The translations under genes were made by a program, and so were the position numbers. The notes beneath the pieces are model-generated. The model had not been told where the DNA came from. It searched no databases and was given only the letters and a program-made list of their open reading frames with translations. Shown one piece after another: positions 12,001 to 27,000 of a DNA stretch of 59,108 nt. Source of the stretch: Macrostomum lignano (taxonomy: Eukaryota); assembly GCA_002269645.1 (NCBI GenBank), contig NIVC01002625.1, positions 1-59,108 on the forward strand, written 5' to 3'. Every line of letters begins with the position of its first letter. Positions within the stretch are counted from its first letter, which is position 1.

Positions 12001-15000
12001 ACCTTGAATTGATCGTCTTCGAATCGGCGCTCCGCTCTTGCAATGTCGCGGCGAGCGCGCTCATCGCGACGTCGTCGTTCGCGGCGACGGTGGCTCACGA
12101 GCTCTTCTTGACGCGCGGCTTCTCGCTCTCGCTCCCGCTCTGGCGCCTTCAACTCGTCTTCTTTGCGCATTGGAGGCAGATCCTCTTCGATCTCGCTGGC
12201 CTCGCGATCTTCTAATACTTTGTCGTCGAACAGGTCTATCTGGTGTCGCACGTCCTCGTCTACCAGTACTTCTTCGTCGGCCTGAACAATCTCGTCGACC
12301 TTGAATTGATCGTCTTCGAATCGGCGCTCCGCTCTTGCAATGTCGCGGCGAGCGCGCTCATCGCGACGTCGTCGTTCGCGGCGACGGTGGCTCACGAGCT
12401 CTTCTTGACGCGCGGCTTCTCGCTCTCGCTCCCGCTCTGGCGCCTTCAACTCGTCTTCTTTGCGCATTGGAGGCAGATCCTCTTCGATCTCGCTGGCCTC
12501 GCGATCTTCTAATACTTTGTCGTCGAACAGGTCTATCTGGTGTCGCACGTCCTCGTCTACCAGTACTTCTTCGTCGGCCTGAACAATCTCGTCGACCTTG
12601 AATTGATCGTCTTCGAATCGGCGCTCCGCCTTGCAATGTCGCGGCGAGCGCGCTCATCGCGACGTCGTCGTTCGCGGCGACGGTGGCTCACGAGCTCTTC
12701 TTGACGCGCGGCTTCTCGCTCTCGCTCCCGCTCTGGCGCCTTCAACTCGTCTTCTTTGCGCATTGGAGGCAGATCCTCTTCGATCTCGCTGGCCTCGCGA
12801 TCTTCTAATACTTTGTCGTCGAACAGGTCTATCTGGTGTCGCACGTCCTCGTCTACCTACTTCTTCGTCGGCCTGAACAATCTCGTCGACCTTGAATTGA
12901 TCGTCTTCGAATCGGCGCTCCGCTCTTGCAATGTCGCGGCGAGCGCGCTCATCGCGACGTCGTCGTTCGCGGCGACGGTGGCTCACGAGCTCTTCTTGAC
13001 GCGCGGCTTCTCGCTCTCGCTCCCGCTCTGGCGCCTTCAACTCGTCTTCTTTGCGCATTGGAGGCAGATCCTCTTCGATCTCGCTGGCCTCGCGATCTTC
13101 TAATACTTTGTCGTCGAACAGGTCTATCTGGTGTCGCACGTCCTCGTCTACCAGTACTTCTTCGTCGGCCTGAACAATCTCGTCGACCTTGAATTGATCG
13201 TCTTCGAATCGGCGCTCCGCTCTTGCAATGTCGCGGCGAGCGCGCTCATCGCGACGTCGTCGTTCGCGGCGACGGTGGCTCACGAGCTCTTCTTGACGCG
13301 CGGCTTCTCGCTCTCGCTCCCGCTCTGGCGCCTTCAACTCGTCTTCTTTGCGCATTGGAGGCAGATCCTCTTCGATCTCGCTGGCCTCGCGATCTTCTAA
13401 TACTTTGTCGTCGAACAGGTCTATCTGGTGTCGCACGTCCTCGTCTACCAGTACTTCTTCGTCGGCCTGAACAATCTCGTCGACCTTGAATTGATCGTCT
13501 TCGAATCGGCGCTCCGCTCTTGCAATGTCGCGGCGAGCGCGCTCATCGCGACGTCGTCGTTCGCGGCGACGGTGGCTCACGAGCTCTTCTTGACGCGCGG
13601 CTTCTCGCTCTCGCTCCCGCTCTGGCGCCTTCAACTCGTCTTCTTTGCGCATTGGAGGCAGATCCTCTTCGATCTCGCTGGCCTCGCGATCTTCTAATAC
13701 TTTGTCGTCGAACAGGTCTATCTGGTGTCGCACGTCCTCGTCTACCAGTACTTCTTCGTCGGCCTGAACAATCTCGTCGACCTTGAATTGATCGTCTTCG
13801 AATCGGCGCTCCGCTCTTGCAATGTCGCGGCGAGCGCGCTCATCGCGACGTCGTCGTTCGCGGCGACGGTGGCTCACGAGCTCTTCTTGACGCGCGGCTT
13901 CTCGCTCTCGCTCCCGCTCTGGCGCCTTCAACTCGTCTTCTTTGCGCATTGGAGGCAGATCCTCTTCGATCTCGCTGGCCTCGCGATCTTCTAATACTTT
14001 GTCGTCGAACAGGTCTATCTGGTGTCGCACGTCCTCGTCTACCAGTACTTCTTCGTCGGCCTGAACAATCTCGTCGACCTTGAATTGATCGTCTTCGAAT
14101 CGGCGCTCCGCTCTTGCAATGTCGCGGCGAGCGCGCTCATCGCGACGTCGTCGTTCGCGGCGACGGTGGCTCACGAGCTCTTCTTGACGCGCGGCTTCTC
14201 GCTCTCGCTCCCGCTCTGGCGCCTTCAACTCGTCTTCTTTGCGCATTGGAGGCAGATCCTCTTCGATCTCGCTGGCCTCGCGATCTTCTAATACTTTGTC
14301 GTCGAACAGGTCTATCTGGTGTCGCACGTCCTCGTCTACCAGTACTTCTTCGTCGGCCTGAACAATCTCGTCGACCTTGAATTGATCGTCTTCGAATCGG
14401 CGCTCCGCTCTTGCAATGTCGCGGCGAGCGCGCTCATCGCGACGTCGTCGTTCGCGGCGACGGTGGCTCACGAGCTCTTCTTGACGCGCGGCTTCTCGCT
14501 CTCGCTCCCGCTCTGGCGCCTTCAACTCGTCTTCTTTGCGCATTGGAGGCAGATCCTCTTCGATCTCGCTGGCCTCGCGATCTTCTAATACTTTGTCGTC
14601 GAACAGGTCTATCTGGTGTCGCACGTCCTCGTCTACCAGTACTTCTTCGTCGGCCTGAACAATCTCGTCGACCTTGAATTGATCGTCTTCGAATCGGCGC
14701 TCCGCTCTTGCAATGTCGCGGCGAGCGCGCTCATCGCGACGTCGTCGTTCGCGGCGACGGTGGCTCACGAGCTCTTCTTGACGCGCGGCTTCTCGCTCTC
14801 GCTCCCGCTCTGGCGCCTTCAACTCGTCTTCTTTGCGCATTGGAGGCAGATCCTCTTCGATCTCGCTGGCCTCGCGATCTTCTAATACTTTGTCGTCGAA
14901 CAGGTCTATCTGGTGTCGCACGTCCTCGTCTACCAGTACTTCTTCGTCGGCCTGAACAATCTCGTCGACCTTGAATTGATCGTCTTCGAATCGGCGCTCC

Positions 15001-18000
15001 GCCTTGCAATGTCGCGGCGAGCGCGCTCATCGCGACGTCGTCGTTCGCGGCGACGGTGGCTCACGAGCTCTTCTTGACGCGCGGCTTCTCGCTCTCGCTC
15101 CCGCTCTGGCGCCTTCAACTCGTCTTCTTTGCGCATTGGAGGCAGATCCTCTTCGATCTCGCTGGCCTCGCGATCTTCTAATACTTTGTCGTCGAACAGG
15201 TCTATCTGGTGTCGCACGTCCTCGTCTACCAGTACTTCTTCGTCGGCCTGAACAATCTCGTCGACCTTGAATTGATCGTCTTCGAATCGGCGCTCCGCTC
15301 TTGCAATGTCGCGGCGAGCGCGCTCATCGCGACGTCGTCGTTCGCGGCGACGGTGGCTCACGAGCTCTTCTTGACGCGCGGCTTCTCGCTCTCGCTCCCG
15401 CTCTGGCGCCTTCAACTCGTCTTCTTTGCGCATTGGAGGCAGATCCTCTTCGATCTCGCTGGCCTCGCGATCTTCTAATACTTTGTCGTCGAACAGGTCT
15501 ATCTGGTGTCGCACGTCCTCGTCTACCAGTACTTCTTCGTCGGCCTGAACAATCTCGTCGACCTTGAATTGATCGTCTTCGAATCGGCGCTCCGCCTTGC
15601 AATGTCGCGGCGAGCGCGCTCATCGCGACGTCGTCGTTCGCGGCGACGGTGGCTCACGAGCTCTTCTTGACGCGCGGCTTCTCGCTCTCGCTCCCGCTCT
15701 GGCGCCTTCAACTCGTCTTCTTTGCGCATTGGAGGCAGATCCTCTTCGATCTCGCTGGCCTCGCGATCTTCTAATACTTTGTCGTCGAACAGGTCTATCT
15801 GGTGTCGCACGTCCTCGTCTACCAGTACTTCTTCGTCGGCCTGAACAATCTCGTCGACCTTGAATTGATCGTCTTCGAATCGGCGCTCCGCCTTGCAATG
15901 TCGCGGCGAGCGCGCTCATCGCGACGTCGTCGTTCGCGGCGACGGTGGCTCACGAGCTCTTCTTGACGCGCGGCTTCTCGCTCTCGCTCCCGCTCTGGCG
16001 CCTTCAACTCGTCTTCTTTGCGCATTGGAGGCAGATCCTCTTCGATCTCGCTGGCCTCGCGATCTTCTAATACTTTGTCGTCGAACAGGTCTATCTGGTG
16101 TCGCACGTCCTCGTCTACCAGTACTTCTTCGTCGGCCTGAACAATCTCGTCGACCTTGAATTGATCGTCTTCGAATCGGCGCTCCGCTCTTGCAATGTCG
16201 CGGCGAGCGCGCTCATCGCGACGTCGTCGTTCGCGGCGACGGTGGCTCACGAGCTCTTCTTGACGCGCGGCTTCTCGCTCTCGCTCCCGCTCTGGCGCCT
16301 TCAACTCGTCTTCTTTGCGCATTGGAGGCAGATCCTCTTCGATCTCGCTGGCCTCGCGATCTTCTAATACTTTGTCGTCGAACAGGTCTATCTGGTGTCG
16401 CACGTCCTCGTCTACCAGTACTTCTTCGTCGGCCTGAACAATCTCGTCGACCTTGAATTGATCGTCTTCGAATCGGCGCTCCGCTCTTGCAATGTCGCGG
16501 CGAGCGCGCTCATCGCGACGTCGTCGTTCGCGGCGACGGTGGCTCACGAGCTCTTCTTGACGCGCGGCTTCTCGCTCTCGCTCCCGCTCTGGCGCCTTCA
16601 ACTCGTCTTCTTTGCGCATTGGAGGCAGATCCTCTTCGATCTCGCTGGCCTCGCGATCTTCTAATACTTTGTCGTCGAACAGGTCTATCTGGTGTCGCAC
16701 GTCCTCGTCTACCAGTACTTCTTCGTCGGCCTGAACAATCTCGTCGACCTTGAATTGATCGTCTTCGAATCGGCGCTCCGCTCTTGCAATGTCGCGGCGA
16801 GCGCGCTCATCGCGACGTCGTCGTTCGCGGCGACGGTGGCTCACGAGCTCTTCTTGACGCGCGGCTTCTCGCTCTCGCTCCCGCTCTGGCGCCTTCAACT
16901 CGTCTTCTTTGCGCATTGGAGGCAGATCCTCTTCGATCTCGCTGGCCTCGCGATCTTCTAATACTTTGTCGTCGAACAGGTCTATCTGGTGTCGCACGTC
17001 CTCGTCTACCAGTACTTCTTCGTCGGCCTGAACAATCTCGTCGACCTTGAATTGATCGTCTTCGAATCGGCGCTCCGCTCTTGCAATGTCGCGGCGAGCG
17101 CGCTCATCGCGACGTCGTCGTTCGCGGCGACGGTGGCTCACGAGCTCTTCTTGACGCGCGGCTTCTCGCTCTCGCTCCCGCTCTGGCGCCTTCAACTCGT
17201 CTTCTTTGCGCATTGGAGGCAGATCCTCTTCGATCTCGCTGGCCTCGCGATCTTCTAATACTTTGTCGTCGAACAGGTCTATCTGGTGTCGCACGTCCTC
17301 GTCTACCAGTACTTCTTCGTCGGCCTGAACAATCTCGTCGACCTTGAATTGATCGTCTTCGAATCGGCGCTCCGCCTTGCAATGTCGCGGCGAGCGCGCT
17401 CATCGCGACGTCGTCGTTCGCGGCGACGGTGGCTCACGAGCTCTTCTTGACGCGCGGCTTCTCGCTCTCGCTCCCGCTCTGGCGCCTTCAACTCGTCTTC
17501 TTTGCGCATTGGAGGCAGATCCTCTTCGATCTCGCTGGCCTCGCGATCTTCTAATACTTTGTCGTCGAACAGGTCTATCTGGTGTCGCACGTCCTCGTCT
17601 ACCAGTACTTCTTCGTCGGCCTGAACAATCTCGTCGACCTTGAATTGATCGTCTTCGAATCGGCGCTCCGCTCTTGCAATGTCGCGGCGAGCGCGCTCAT
17701 CGCGACGTCGTCGTTCGCGGCGACGGTGGCTCACGAGCTCTTCTTGACGCGCGGCTTCTCGCTCTCGCTCCCGCTCTGGCGCCTTCAACTCGTCTTCTTT
17801 GCGCATTGGAGGCAGATCCTCTTCGATCTCGCTGGCCTCGCGATCTTCTAATACTTTGTCGTCGAACAGGTCTATCTGGTGTCGCACGTCCTCGTCTACC
17901 AGTACTTCTTCGTCGGCCTGAACAATCTCGTCGACCTTGAATTGATCGTCTTCGAATCGGCGCTCCGCTCTTGCAATGTCGCGGCGAGCGCGCTCATCGC

Positions 18001-21000
18001 GACGTCGTCGTTCGCGGCGACGGTGGCTCACGAGCTCTTCTTGACGCGCGGCTTCTCGCTCTCGCTCCCGCTCTGGCGCCTTCAACTCGTCTTCTTTGCG
18101 CATTGGAGGCAGATCCTCTTCGATCTCGCTGGCCTCGCGATCTTCTAATACTTTGTCGTCGAACAGGTCTATCTGGTGTCGCACGTCCTCGTCTACCAGT
18201 ACTTCTTCGTCGGCCTGAACAATCTCGTCGACCTTGAATTGATCGTCTTCGAATCGGCGCTCCGCTCTTGCAATGTCGCGGCGAGCGCGCTCATCGCGAC
18301 GTCGTCGTTCGCGGCGACGGTGGCTCACGAGCTCTTCTTGACGCGCGGCTTCTCGCTCTCGCTCCCGCTCTGGCGCCTTCAACTCGTCTTCTTTGCGCAT
18401 TGGAGGCAGATCCTCTTCGATCTCGCTGGCCTCGCGATCTTCTAATACTTTGTCGTCGAACAGGTCTATCTGGTGTCGCACGTCCTCGTCTACCAGTACT
18501 TCTTCGTCGGCCTGAACAATCTCGTCGACCTTGAATTGATCGTCTTCGAATCGGCGCTCCGCTCTTGCAATGTCGCGGCGAGCGCGCTCATCGCGACGTC
18601 GTCGTTCGCGGCGACGGTGGCTCACGAGCTCTTCTTGACGCGCGGCTTCTCGCTCTCGCTCCCGCTCTGGCGCCTTCAACTCGTCTTCTTTGCGCATTGG
18701 AGGCAGATCCTCTTCGATCTCGCTGGCCTCGCGATCTTCTAATACTTTGTCGTCGAACAGGTCTATCTGGTGTCGCACGTCCTCGTCTACCAGTACTTCT
18801 TCGTCGGCCTGAACAATCTCGTCGACCTTGAATTGATCGTCTTCGAATCGGCGCTCCGCTCTTGCAATGTCGCGGCGAGCGCGCTCATCGCGACGTCGTC
18901 GTTCGCGGCGACGGTGGCTCACGAGCTCTTCTTGACGCGCGGCTTCTCGCTCTCGCTCCCGCTCTGGCGCCTTCAACTCGTCTTCTTTGCGCATTGGAGG
19001 CAGATCCTCTTCGATCTCGCTGGCCTCGCGATCTTCTAATACTTTGTCGTCGAACAGGTCTATCTGGTGTCGCACGTCCTCGTCTACCAGTACTTCTTCG
19101 TCGGCCTGAACAATCTCGTCGACCTTGAATTGATCGTCTTCGAATCGGCGCTCCGCTCTTGCAATGTCGCGGCGAGCGCGCTCATCGCGACGTCGTCGTT
19201 CGCGGCGACGGTGGCTCACGAGCTCTTCTTGACGCGCGGCTTCTCGCTCTCGCTCCCGCTCTGGCGCCTTCAACTCGTCTTCTTTGCGCATTGGAGGCAG
19301 ATCCTCTTCGATCTCGCTGGCCTCGCGATCTTCTAATACTTTGTCGTCGAACAGGTCTATCTGGTGTCGCACGTCCTCGTCTACCAGTACTTCTTCGTCG
19401 GCCTGAACAATCTCGTCGACCTTGAATTGATCGTCTTCGAATCGGCGCTCCGCTCTTGCAATGTCGCGGCGAGCGCGCTCATCGCGACGTCGTCGTTCGC
19501 GGCGACGGTGGCTCACGAGCTCTTCTTGACGCGCGGCTTCTCGCTCTCGCTCCCGCTCTGGCGCCTTCAACTCGTCTTCTTTGCGCATTGGAGGCAGATC
19601 CTCTTCGATCTCGCTGGCCTCGCGATCTTCTAATACTTTGTCGTCGAACAGGTCTATCTGGTGTCGCACGTCCTCGTCTACCAGTACTTCTTCGTCGGCC
19701 TGAACAATCTCGTCGACCTTGAATTGATCGTCTTCGAATCGGCGCTCCGCTCTTGCAATGTCGCGGCGAGCGCGCTCATCGCGACGTCGTCGTTCGCGGC
19801 GACGGTGGCTCACGAGCTCTTCTTGACGCGCGGCTTCTCGCTCTCGCTCCCGCTCTGGCGCCTTCAACTCGTCTTCTTTGCGCATTGGAGGCAGATCCTC
19901 TTCGATCTCGCTGGCCTCGCGATCTTCTAATACTTTGTCGTCGAACAGGTCTATCTGGTGTCGCACGTCCTCGTCTACCAGTACTTCTTCGTCGGCCTGA
20001 ACAATCTCGTCGACCTTGAATTGATCGTCTTCGAATCGGCGCTCCGCTCTTGCAATGTCGCGGCGAGCGCGCTCATCGCGACGTCGTCGTTCGCGGCGAC
20101 GGTGGCTCACGAGCTCTTCTTGACGCGCGGCTTCTCGCTCTCGCTCCCGCTCTGGCGCCTTCAACTCGTCTTCTTTGCGCATTGGAGGCAGATCCTCTTC
20201 GATCTCGCTGGCCTCGCGATCTTCTAATACTTTGTCGTCGAACAGGTCTATCTGGTGTCGCACGTCCTCGTCTACCAGTACTTCTTCGTCGGCCTGAACA
20301 ATCTCGTCGACCTTGAATTGATCGTCTTCGAATCGGCGCTCCGCCTTGCAATGTCGCGGCGAGCGCGCTCATCGCGACGTCGTCGTTCGCGGCGACGGTG
20401 GCTCACGAGCTCTTCTTGACGCGCGGCTTCTCGCTCTCGCTCCCGCTCTGGCGCCTTCAACTCGTCTTCTTTGCGCATTGGAGGCAGATCCTCTTCGATC
20501 TCGCTGGCCTCGCGATCTTCTAATACTTTGTCGTCGAACAGGTCTATCTGGTGTCGCACGTCCTCGTCTACCAGTACTTCTTCGTCGGCCTGAACAATCT
20601 CGTCGACCTTGAATTGATCGTCTTCGAATCGGCGCTCCGCTCTTGCAATGTCGCGGCGAGCGCGCTCATCGCGACGTCGTCGTTCGCGGCGACGGTGGCT
20701 CACGAGCTCTTCTTGACGCGCGGCTTCTCGCTCTCGCTCCCGCTCTGGCGCCTTCAACTCGTCTTCTTTGCGCATTGGAGGCAGATCCTCTTCGATCTCG
20801 CTGGCCTCGCGATCTTCTAATACTTTGTCGTCGAACAGGTCTATCTGGTGTCGCACGTCCTCGTCTACCAGTACTTCTTCGTCGGCCTGAACAATCTCGT
20901 CGACCTTGAATTGATCGTCTTCGAATCGGCGCTCCGCTCTTGCAATGTCGCGGCGAGCGCGCTCATCGCGACGTCGTCGTTCGCGGCGACGGTGGCTCAC

Positions 21001-24000
21001 GAGCTCTTCTTGACGCGCGGCTTCTCGCTCTCGCTCCCGCTCTGGCGCCTTCAACTCGTCTTCTTTGCGCATTGGAGGCAGATCCTCTTCGATCTCGCTG
21101 GCCTCGCGATCTTCTAATACTTTGTCGTCGAACAGGTCTATCTGGTGTCGCACGTCCTCGTCTACCAGTACTTCTTCGTCGGCCTGAACAATCTCGTCGA
21201 CCTTGAATTGATCGTCTTCGAATCGGCGCTCCGCTCTTGCAATGTCGCGGCGAGCGCGCTCATCGCGACGTCGTCGTTCGCGGCGACGGTGGCTCACGAG
21301 CTCTTCTTGACGCGCGGCTTCTCGCTCTCGCTCCCGCTCTGGCGCCTTCAACTCGTCTTCTTTGCGCATTGGAGGCAGATCCTCTTCGATCTCGCTGGCC
21401 TCGCGATCTTCTAATACTTTGTCGTCGAACAGGTCTATCTGGTGTCGCACGTCCTCGTCTACCAGTACTTCTTCGTCGGCCTGAACAATCTCGTCGACCT
21501 TGAATTGATCGTCTTCGAATCGGCGCTCCGCTCTTGCAATGTCGCGGCGAGCGCGCTCATCGCGACGTCGTCGTTCGCGGCGACGGTGGCTCACGAGCTC
21601 TTCTTGACGCGCGGCTTCTCGCTCTCGCTCCCGCTCTGGCGCCTTCAACTCGTCTTCTTTGCGCATTGGAGGCAGATCCTCTTCGATCTCGCTGGCCTCG
21701 CGATCTTCTAATACTTTGTCGTCGAACAGGTCTATCTGGTGTCGCACGTCCTCGTCTACCAGTACTTCTTCGTCGGCCTGAACAATCTCGTCGACCTTGA
21801 ATTGATCGTCTTCGAATCGGCGCTCCGCTCTTGCAATGTCGCGGCGAGCGCGCTCATCGCGACGTCGTCGTTCGCGGCGACGGTGGCTCACGAGCTCTTC
21901 TTGACGCGCGGCTTCTCGCTCTCGCTCCCGCTCTGGCGCCTTCAACTCGTCTTCTTTGCGCATTGGAGGCAGATCCTCTTCGATCTCGCTGGCCTCGCGA
22001 TCTTCTAATACTTTGTCGTCGAACAGGTCTATCTGGTGTCGCACGTCCTCGTCTACCAGTACTTCTTCGTCGGCCTGAACAATCTCGTCGACCTTGAATT
22101 GATCGTCTTCGAATCGGCGCTCCGCTCTTGCAATGTCGCGGCGAGCGCGCTCATCGCGACGTCGTCGTTCGCGGCGACGGTGGCTCACGAGCTCTTCTTG
22201 ACGCGCGGCTTCTCGCTCTCGCTCCCGCTCTGGCGCCTTCAACTCGTCTTCTTTGCGCATTGGAGGCAGATCCTCTTCGATCTCGCTGGCCTCGCGATCT
22301 TCTAATACTTTGTCGTCGAACAGGTCTATCTGGTGTCGCACGTCCTCGTCTACCAGTACTTCTTCGTCGGCCTGAACAATCTCGTCGACCTTGAATTGAT
22401 CGTCTTCGAATCGGCGCTCCGCTCTTGCAATGTCGCGGCGAGCGCGCTCATCGCGACGTCGTCGTTCGCGGCGACGGTGGCTCACGAGCTCTTCTTGACG
22501 CGCGGCTTCTCGCTCTCGCTCCCGCTCTGGCGCCTTCAACTCGTCTTCTTTGCGCATTGGAGGCAGATCCTCTTCGATCTCGCTGGCCTCGCGATCTTCT
22601 AATACTTTGTCGTCGAACAGGTCTATCTGGTGTCGCACGTCCTCGTCTACCAGTACTTCTTCGTCGGCCTGAACAATCTCGTCGACCTTGAATTGATCGT
22701 CTTCGAATCGGCGCTCCGCTCTTGCAATGTCGCGGCGAGCGCGCTCATCGCGACGTCGTCGTTCGCGGCGACGGTGGCTCACGAGCTCTTCTTGACGCGC
22801 GGCTTCTCGCTCTCGCTCCCGCTCTGGCGCCTTCAACTCGTCTTCTTTGCGCATTGGAGGCAGATCCTCTTCGATCTCGCTGGCCTCGCGATCTTCTAAT
22901 ACTTTGTCGTCGAACAGGTCTATCTGGTGTCGCACGTCCTCGTCTACCAGTACTTCTTCGTCGGCCTGAACAATCTCGTCGACCTTGAATTGATCGTCTT
23001 CGAATCGGCGCTCCGCTCTTGCAATGTCGCGGCGAGCGCGCTCATCGCGACGTCGTCGTTCGCGGCGACGGTGGCTCACGAGCTCTTCTTGACGCGCGGC
23101 TTCTCGCTCTCGCTCCCGCTCTGGCGCCTTCAACTCGTCTTCTTTGCGCATTGGAGGCAGATCCTCTTCGATCTCGCTGGCCTCGCGATCTTCTAATACT
23201 TTGTCGTCGAACAGGTCTATCTGGTGTCGCACGTCCTCGTCTACCAGTACTTCTTCGTCGGCCTGAACAATCTCGTCGACCTTGAATTGATCGTCTTCGA
23301 ATCGGCGCTCCGCTCTTGCAATGTCGCGGCGAGCGCGCTCATCGCGACGTCGTCGTTCGCGGCGACGGTGGCTCACGAGCTCTTCTTGACGCGCGGCTTC
23401 TCGCTCTCGCTCCCGCTCTGGCGCCTTCAACTCGTCTTCTTTGCGCATTGGAGGCAGCTCCTCTTCGATCTCGCTGGCCTCGCGATCTTCTAATACTTTG
23501 TCGTCGAACAGGTCTATCTGGTGTCGCACGTCCTCGTCTACCAGTACTTCTTCGTCGGCCTGAACAATCTCGTCGACCTTGAATTGATCGTCTTCGAATC
23601 GGCGCTCCGCTCTTGCAATGTCGCGGCGAGCGCGCTCATCGCGACGTCGTCGTTCGCGGCGACGGTGGCTCACGAGCTCTTCTTGACGCGCGGCTTCTCG
23701 CTCTCGCTCCCGCTCTGGCGCCTTCAACTCGTCTTCTTTGCGCATTGGAGGCAGATCCTCTTCGATCTCGCTGGCCTCGCGATCTTCTAATACTTTGTCG
23801 TCGAACAGGTCTATCTGGTGTCGCACGTCCTCGTCTACCAGTACTTCTTCGTCGGCCTGAACAATCTCGTCGACCTTGAATTGATCGTCTTCGAATCGGC
23901 GCTCCGCTCTTGCAATGTCGCGGCGAGCGCGCTCATCGCGACGTCGTCGTTCGCGGCGACGGTGGCTCACGAGCTCTTCTTGACGCGCGGCTTCTCGCTC

Positions 24001-27000
24001 TCGCTCCCGCTCTGGCGCCTTCAACTCGTCTTCTTTGCGCATTGGAGGCAGCTCCTCTTCGATCTCGCTGGCCTCGCGATCTTCTAATACTTTGTCGTCG
24101 AACAGGTCTATCTGGTGTCGCACGTCCTCGTCTACCAGTACTTCTTCGTCGGCCTGAACAATCTCGTCGACCTTGAATTGATCGTCTTCGAATCGGCGCT
24201 CCGCTCTTGCAATGTCGCGGCGAGCGCGCTCATCGCGACGTCGTCGTTCGCGGCGACGGTGGCTCACGAGCTCTTCTGACGCGCGGCTTCTCGCTCTCGC
24301 TCCCGCTCTGGCGCCTTCAACTCGTCTTCTTTGCGCATTGGAGGCAGATCCTCTTCGATCTCGCTGGCCTCGCGATCTTCTAATACTTTGTCGTCGAACA
24401 GGTCTATCTGGTGTCGCACGTCCTCGTCTACCAGTACTTCTTCGTCGGCCTGAACAATCTCGTCGACCTTGAATTGATCGTCTTCGAATCGGCGCTCCGC
24501 TCTTGCAATGTCGCGGCGAGCGCGCTCATCGCGACGTCGTCGTTCGCGGCGACGGTGGCTCACGAGCTCTTCTTGACGCGCGGCTTCTCGCTCTCGCTCC
24601 CGCTCTGGCGCCTTCAACTCGTCTTCTTTGCGCATTGGAGGCAGATCCTCTTCGATCTCGCTGGCCTCGCGATCTTCTAATACTTTGTCGTCGAACAGGT
24701 CTATCTGGTGTCGCACGTCCTCGTCTACCAGTACTTCTTCGTCGGCCTGAACAATCTCGTCGACCTTGAATTGATCGTCTTCGAATCGGCGCTCCGCTCT
24801 TGCAATGTCGCGGCGAGCGCGCTCATCGCGACGTCGTCGTTCGCGGCGACGGTGGCTCACGAGCTCTTCTTGACGCGCGGCTTCTCGCTCTCGCTCCCGC
24901 TCTGGCGCCTTCAACTCGTCTTCTTTGCGCATTGGAGGCAGATCCTCTTCGATCTCGCTGGCCTCGCGATCTTCTAATACTTTGTCGTCGAACAGGTCTA
25001 TCTGGTGTCGCACGTCCTCGTCTACCAGTACTTCTTCGTCGGCCTGAACAATCTCGTCGACCTTGAATTGATCGTCTTCGAATCGGCGCTCCGCTCTTGC
25101 AATGTCGCGGCGAGCGCGCTCATCGCGACGTCGTCGTTCGCGGCGACGGTGGCTCACGAGCTCTTCTGACGCGCGGCTTCTCGCTCTCGCTCCCGCTCTG
25201 GCGCCTTCAACTCGTCTTCTTTGCGCATTGGAGGCAGATCCTCTTCGATCTCGCTGGCCTCGCGATCTTCTAATACTTTGTCGTCGAACAGGTCTATCTG
25301 GTGTCGCACGTCCTCGTCTACCAGTACTTCTTCGTCGGCCTGAACAATCTCGTCGACCTTGAATTGATCGTCTTCGAATCGGCGCTCCGCTCTTGCAATG
25401 TCGCGGCGAGCGCGCTCATCGCGACGTCGTCGTTCGCGGCGACGGTGGCTCACGAGCTCTTCTGACGCGCGGCTTCTCGCTCTCGCTCCCGCTCTGGCGC
25501 CTTCAACTCGTCTTCTTTGCGCATTGGAGGCATCCTCTTCGATCTCGCTGGCCTCGCGATCTTCTAATACTTTGTCGTCGAACAGGTCTATCTGGTGTCG
25601 CACGTCCTCGTCTACCAGTACTTCTTCGTCGGCCTGAACAATCTCGTCGACCTTGAATTGATCGTCTTCGAATCGGCGCTCCGCTCTTGCAATGTCGCGG
25701 CGAGCGCGCTCATCGCGACGTCGTCGTTCGCGGCGACGGTGGCTCACGAGCTCTTCTGACGCGCGGCTTCTCGCTCTCGCTCCCGCTCTGGCGCCTTCAA
25801 CTCGTCTTCTTTGCGCATTGGAGCAGATCCTCTTCGATCTCGCTGGCCTCGCGATCTTCTAATACTTTGTCGTCGAACAGGTCTATCTGGTGTCGCACGT
25901 CCTCGTCTACCAGTACTTCTTCGTCGGCCTGAACAATCTCGTCGACCTTGAATTGATCGTCTTCGAATCGGCGCTCCGCTCTTGCAATGTCGCGGCGAGC
26001 GCGCTCATCGCGACGTCGTCGTTCGCGGCGACGGTGGCTCACGAGCTCTTCTGACGCGCGGCTTCTCGCTCTCGCTCCCGCTCTGGCGCCTTCAACTCGT
26101 CTTCTTTGCGCATTGGAGGCAGCTCCTCTTCGATCTCGCTGGCCTCGCGATCTTCTAATACTTTGTCGTCGAACAGGTCTATCTGGTGTCGCACGTCCTC
26201 GTCTACCAGTACTTCTTCGTCGGCCTGAACAATCTCGTCGACCTTGAATTGATCGTCTTCGAATCGGCGCTCCGCTCTTGCAATGTCGCGGCGAGCGCGC
26301 TCATCGCGACGTCGTCGTTCGCGGCGACGGTGGCTCACGAGCTCTTCTAGACGCGCGGCTTCTCGCTCTCGCTCCCGCTCTGGCGCCTTCAACTCGTCTT
26401 CTTTGCGCATTGGAGGCAGCTCCTCTTCGATCTCGCTGGCCTCGCGATCTTCTAATACTTTGTCGTCGAACAGGTCTATCTGGTGTCGCACGTCCTCGTC
26501 TACCAGTACTTCTTCGTCGGCCTGAACAATCTCGTCGACCTTGAATTGATCGTCTTCGAATCGGCGCTCCGCTCTTGCAATGTCGCGGCGAGCGCGCTCA
26601 TCGCGACGTCGTCGTTCGCGGCGACGGTGGCTCACGAGCTCTTCTGACGCGCGGCTTCTCGCTCTCGCTCCCGCTCTGGCGCCTTCAACTCGTCTTCTTT
26701 GCGCATTGGAGGCAGATCCTCTTCGATCTCGCTGGCCTCGCGATCTTCTAATACTTTGTCGTCGAACAGGTCTATCTGGTGTCGCACGTCCTCGTCTACC
26801 AGTACTTCTTCGTCGGCCTGAACAATCTCGTCGACCTTGAATTGATCGTCTTCGAATCGGCGCTCCGCTCTTGCAATGTCGCGGCGAGCGCGCTCATCGC
26901 GACGTCGTCGTTCGCGGCGACGGTGGCTCACGAGCTCTTCTGACGCGCGGCTTCTCGCTCGCTCGCTCTGGCGCCTTCAACTCGTCTTCTTTGCGCATTG

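Noticed and set aside
17680-17730. Palindromes and hairpin in each 297-bp unit (gagcgcgctc, cgacgtcg, imperfect gtcgcggcga...tcgcggcgac)
   Set aside because: Expected from runs of CGN Arg codons in CpG-rich DNA. There is no U-tract or other terminator or ncRNA context.
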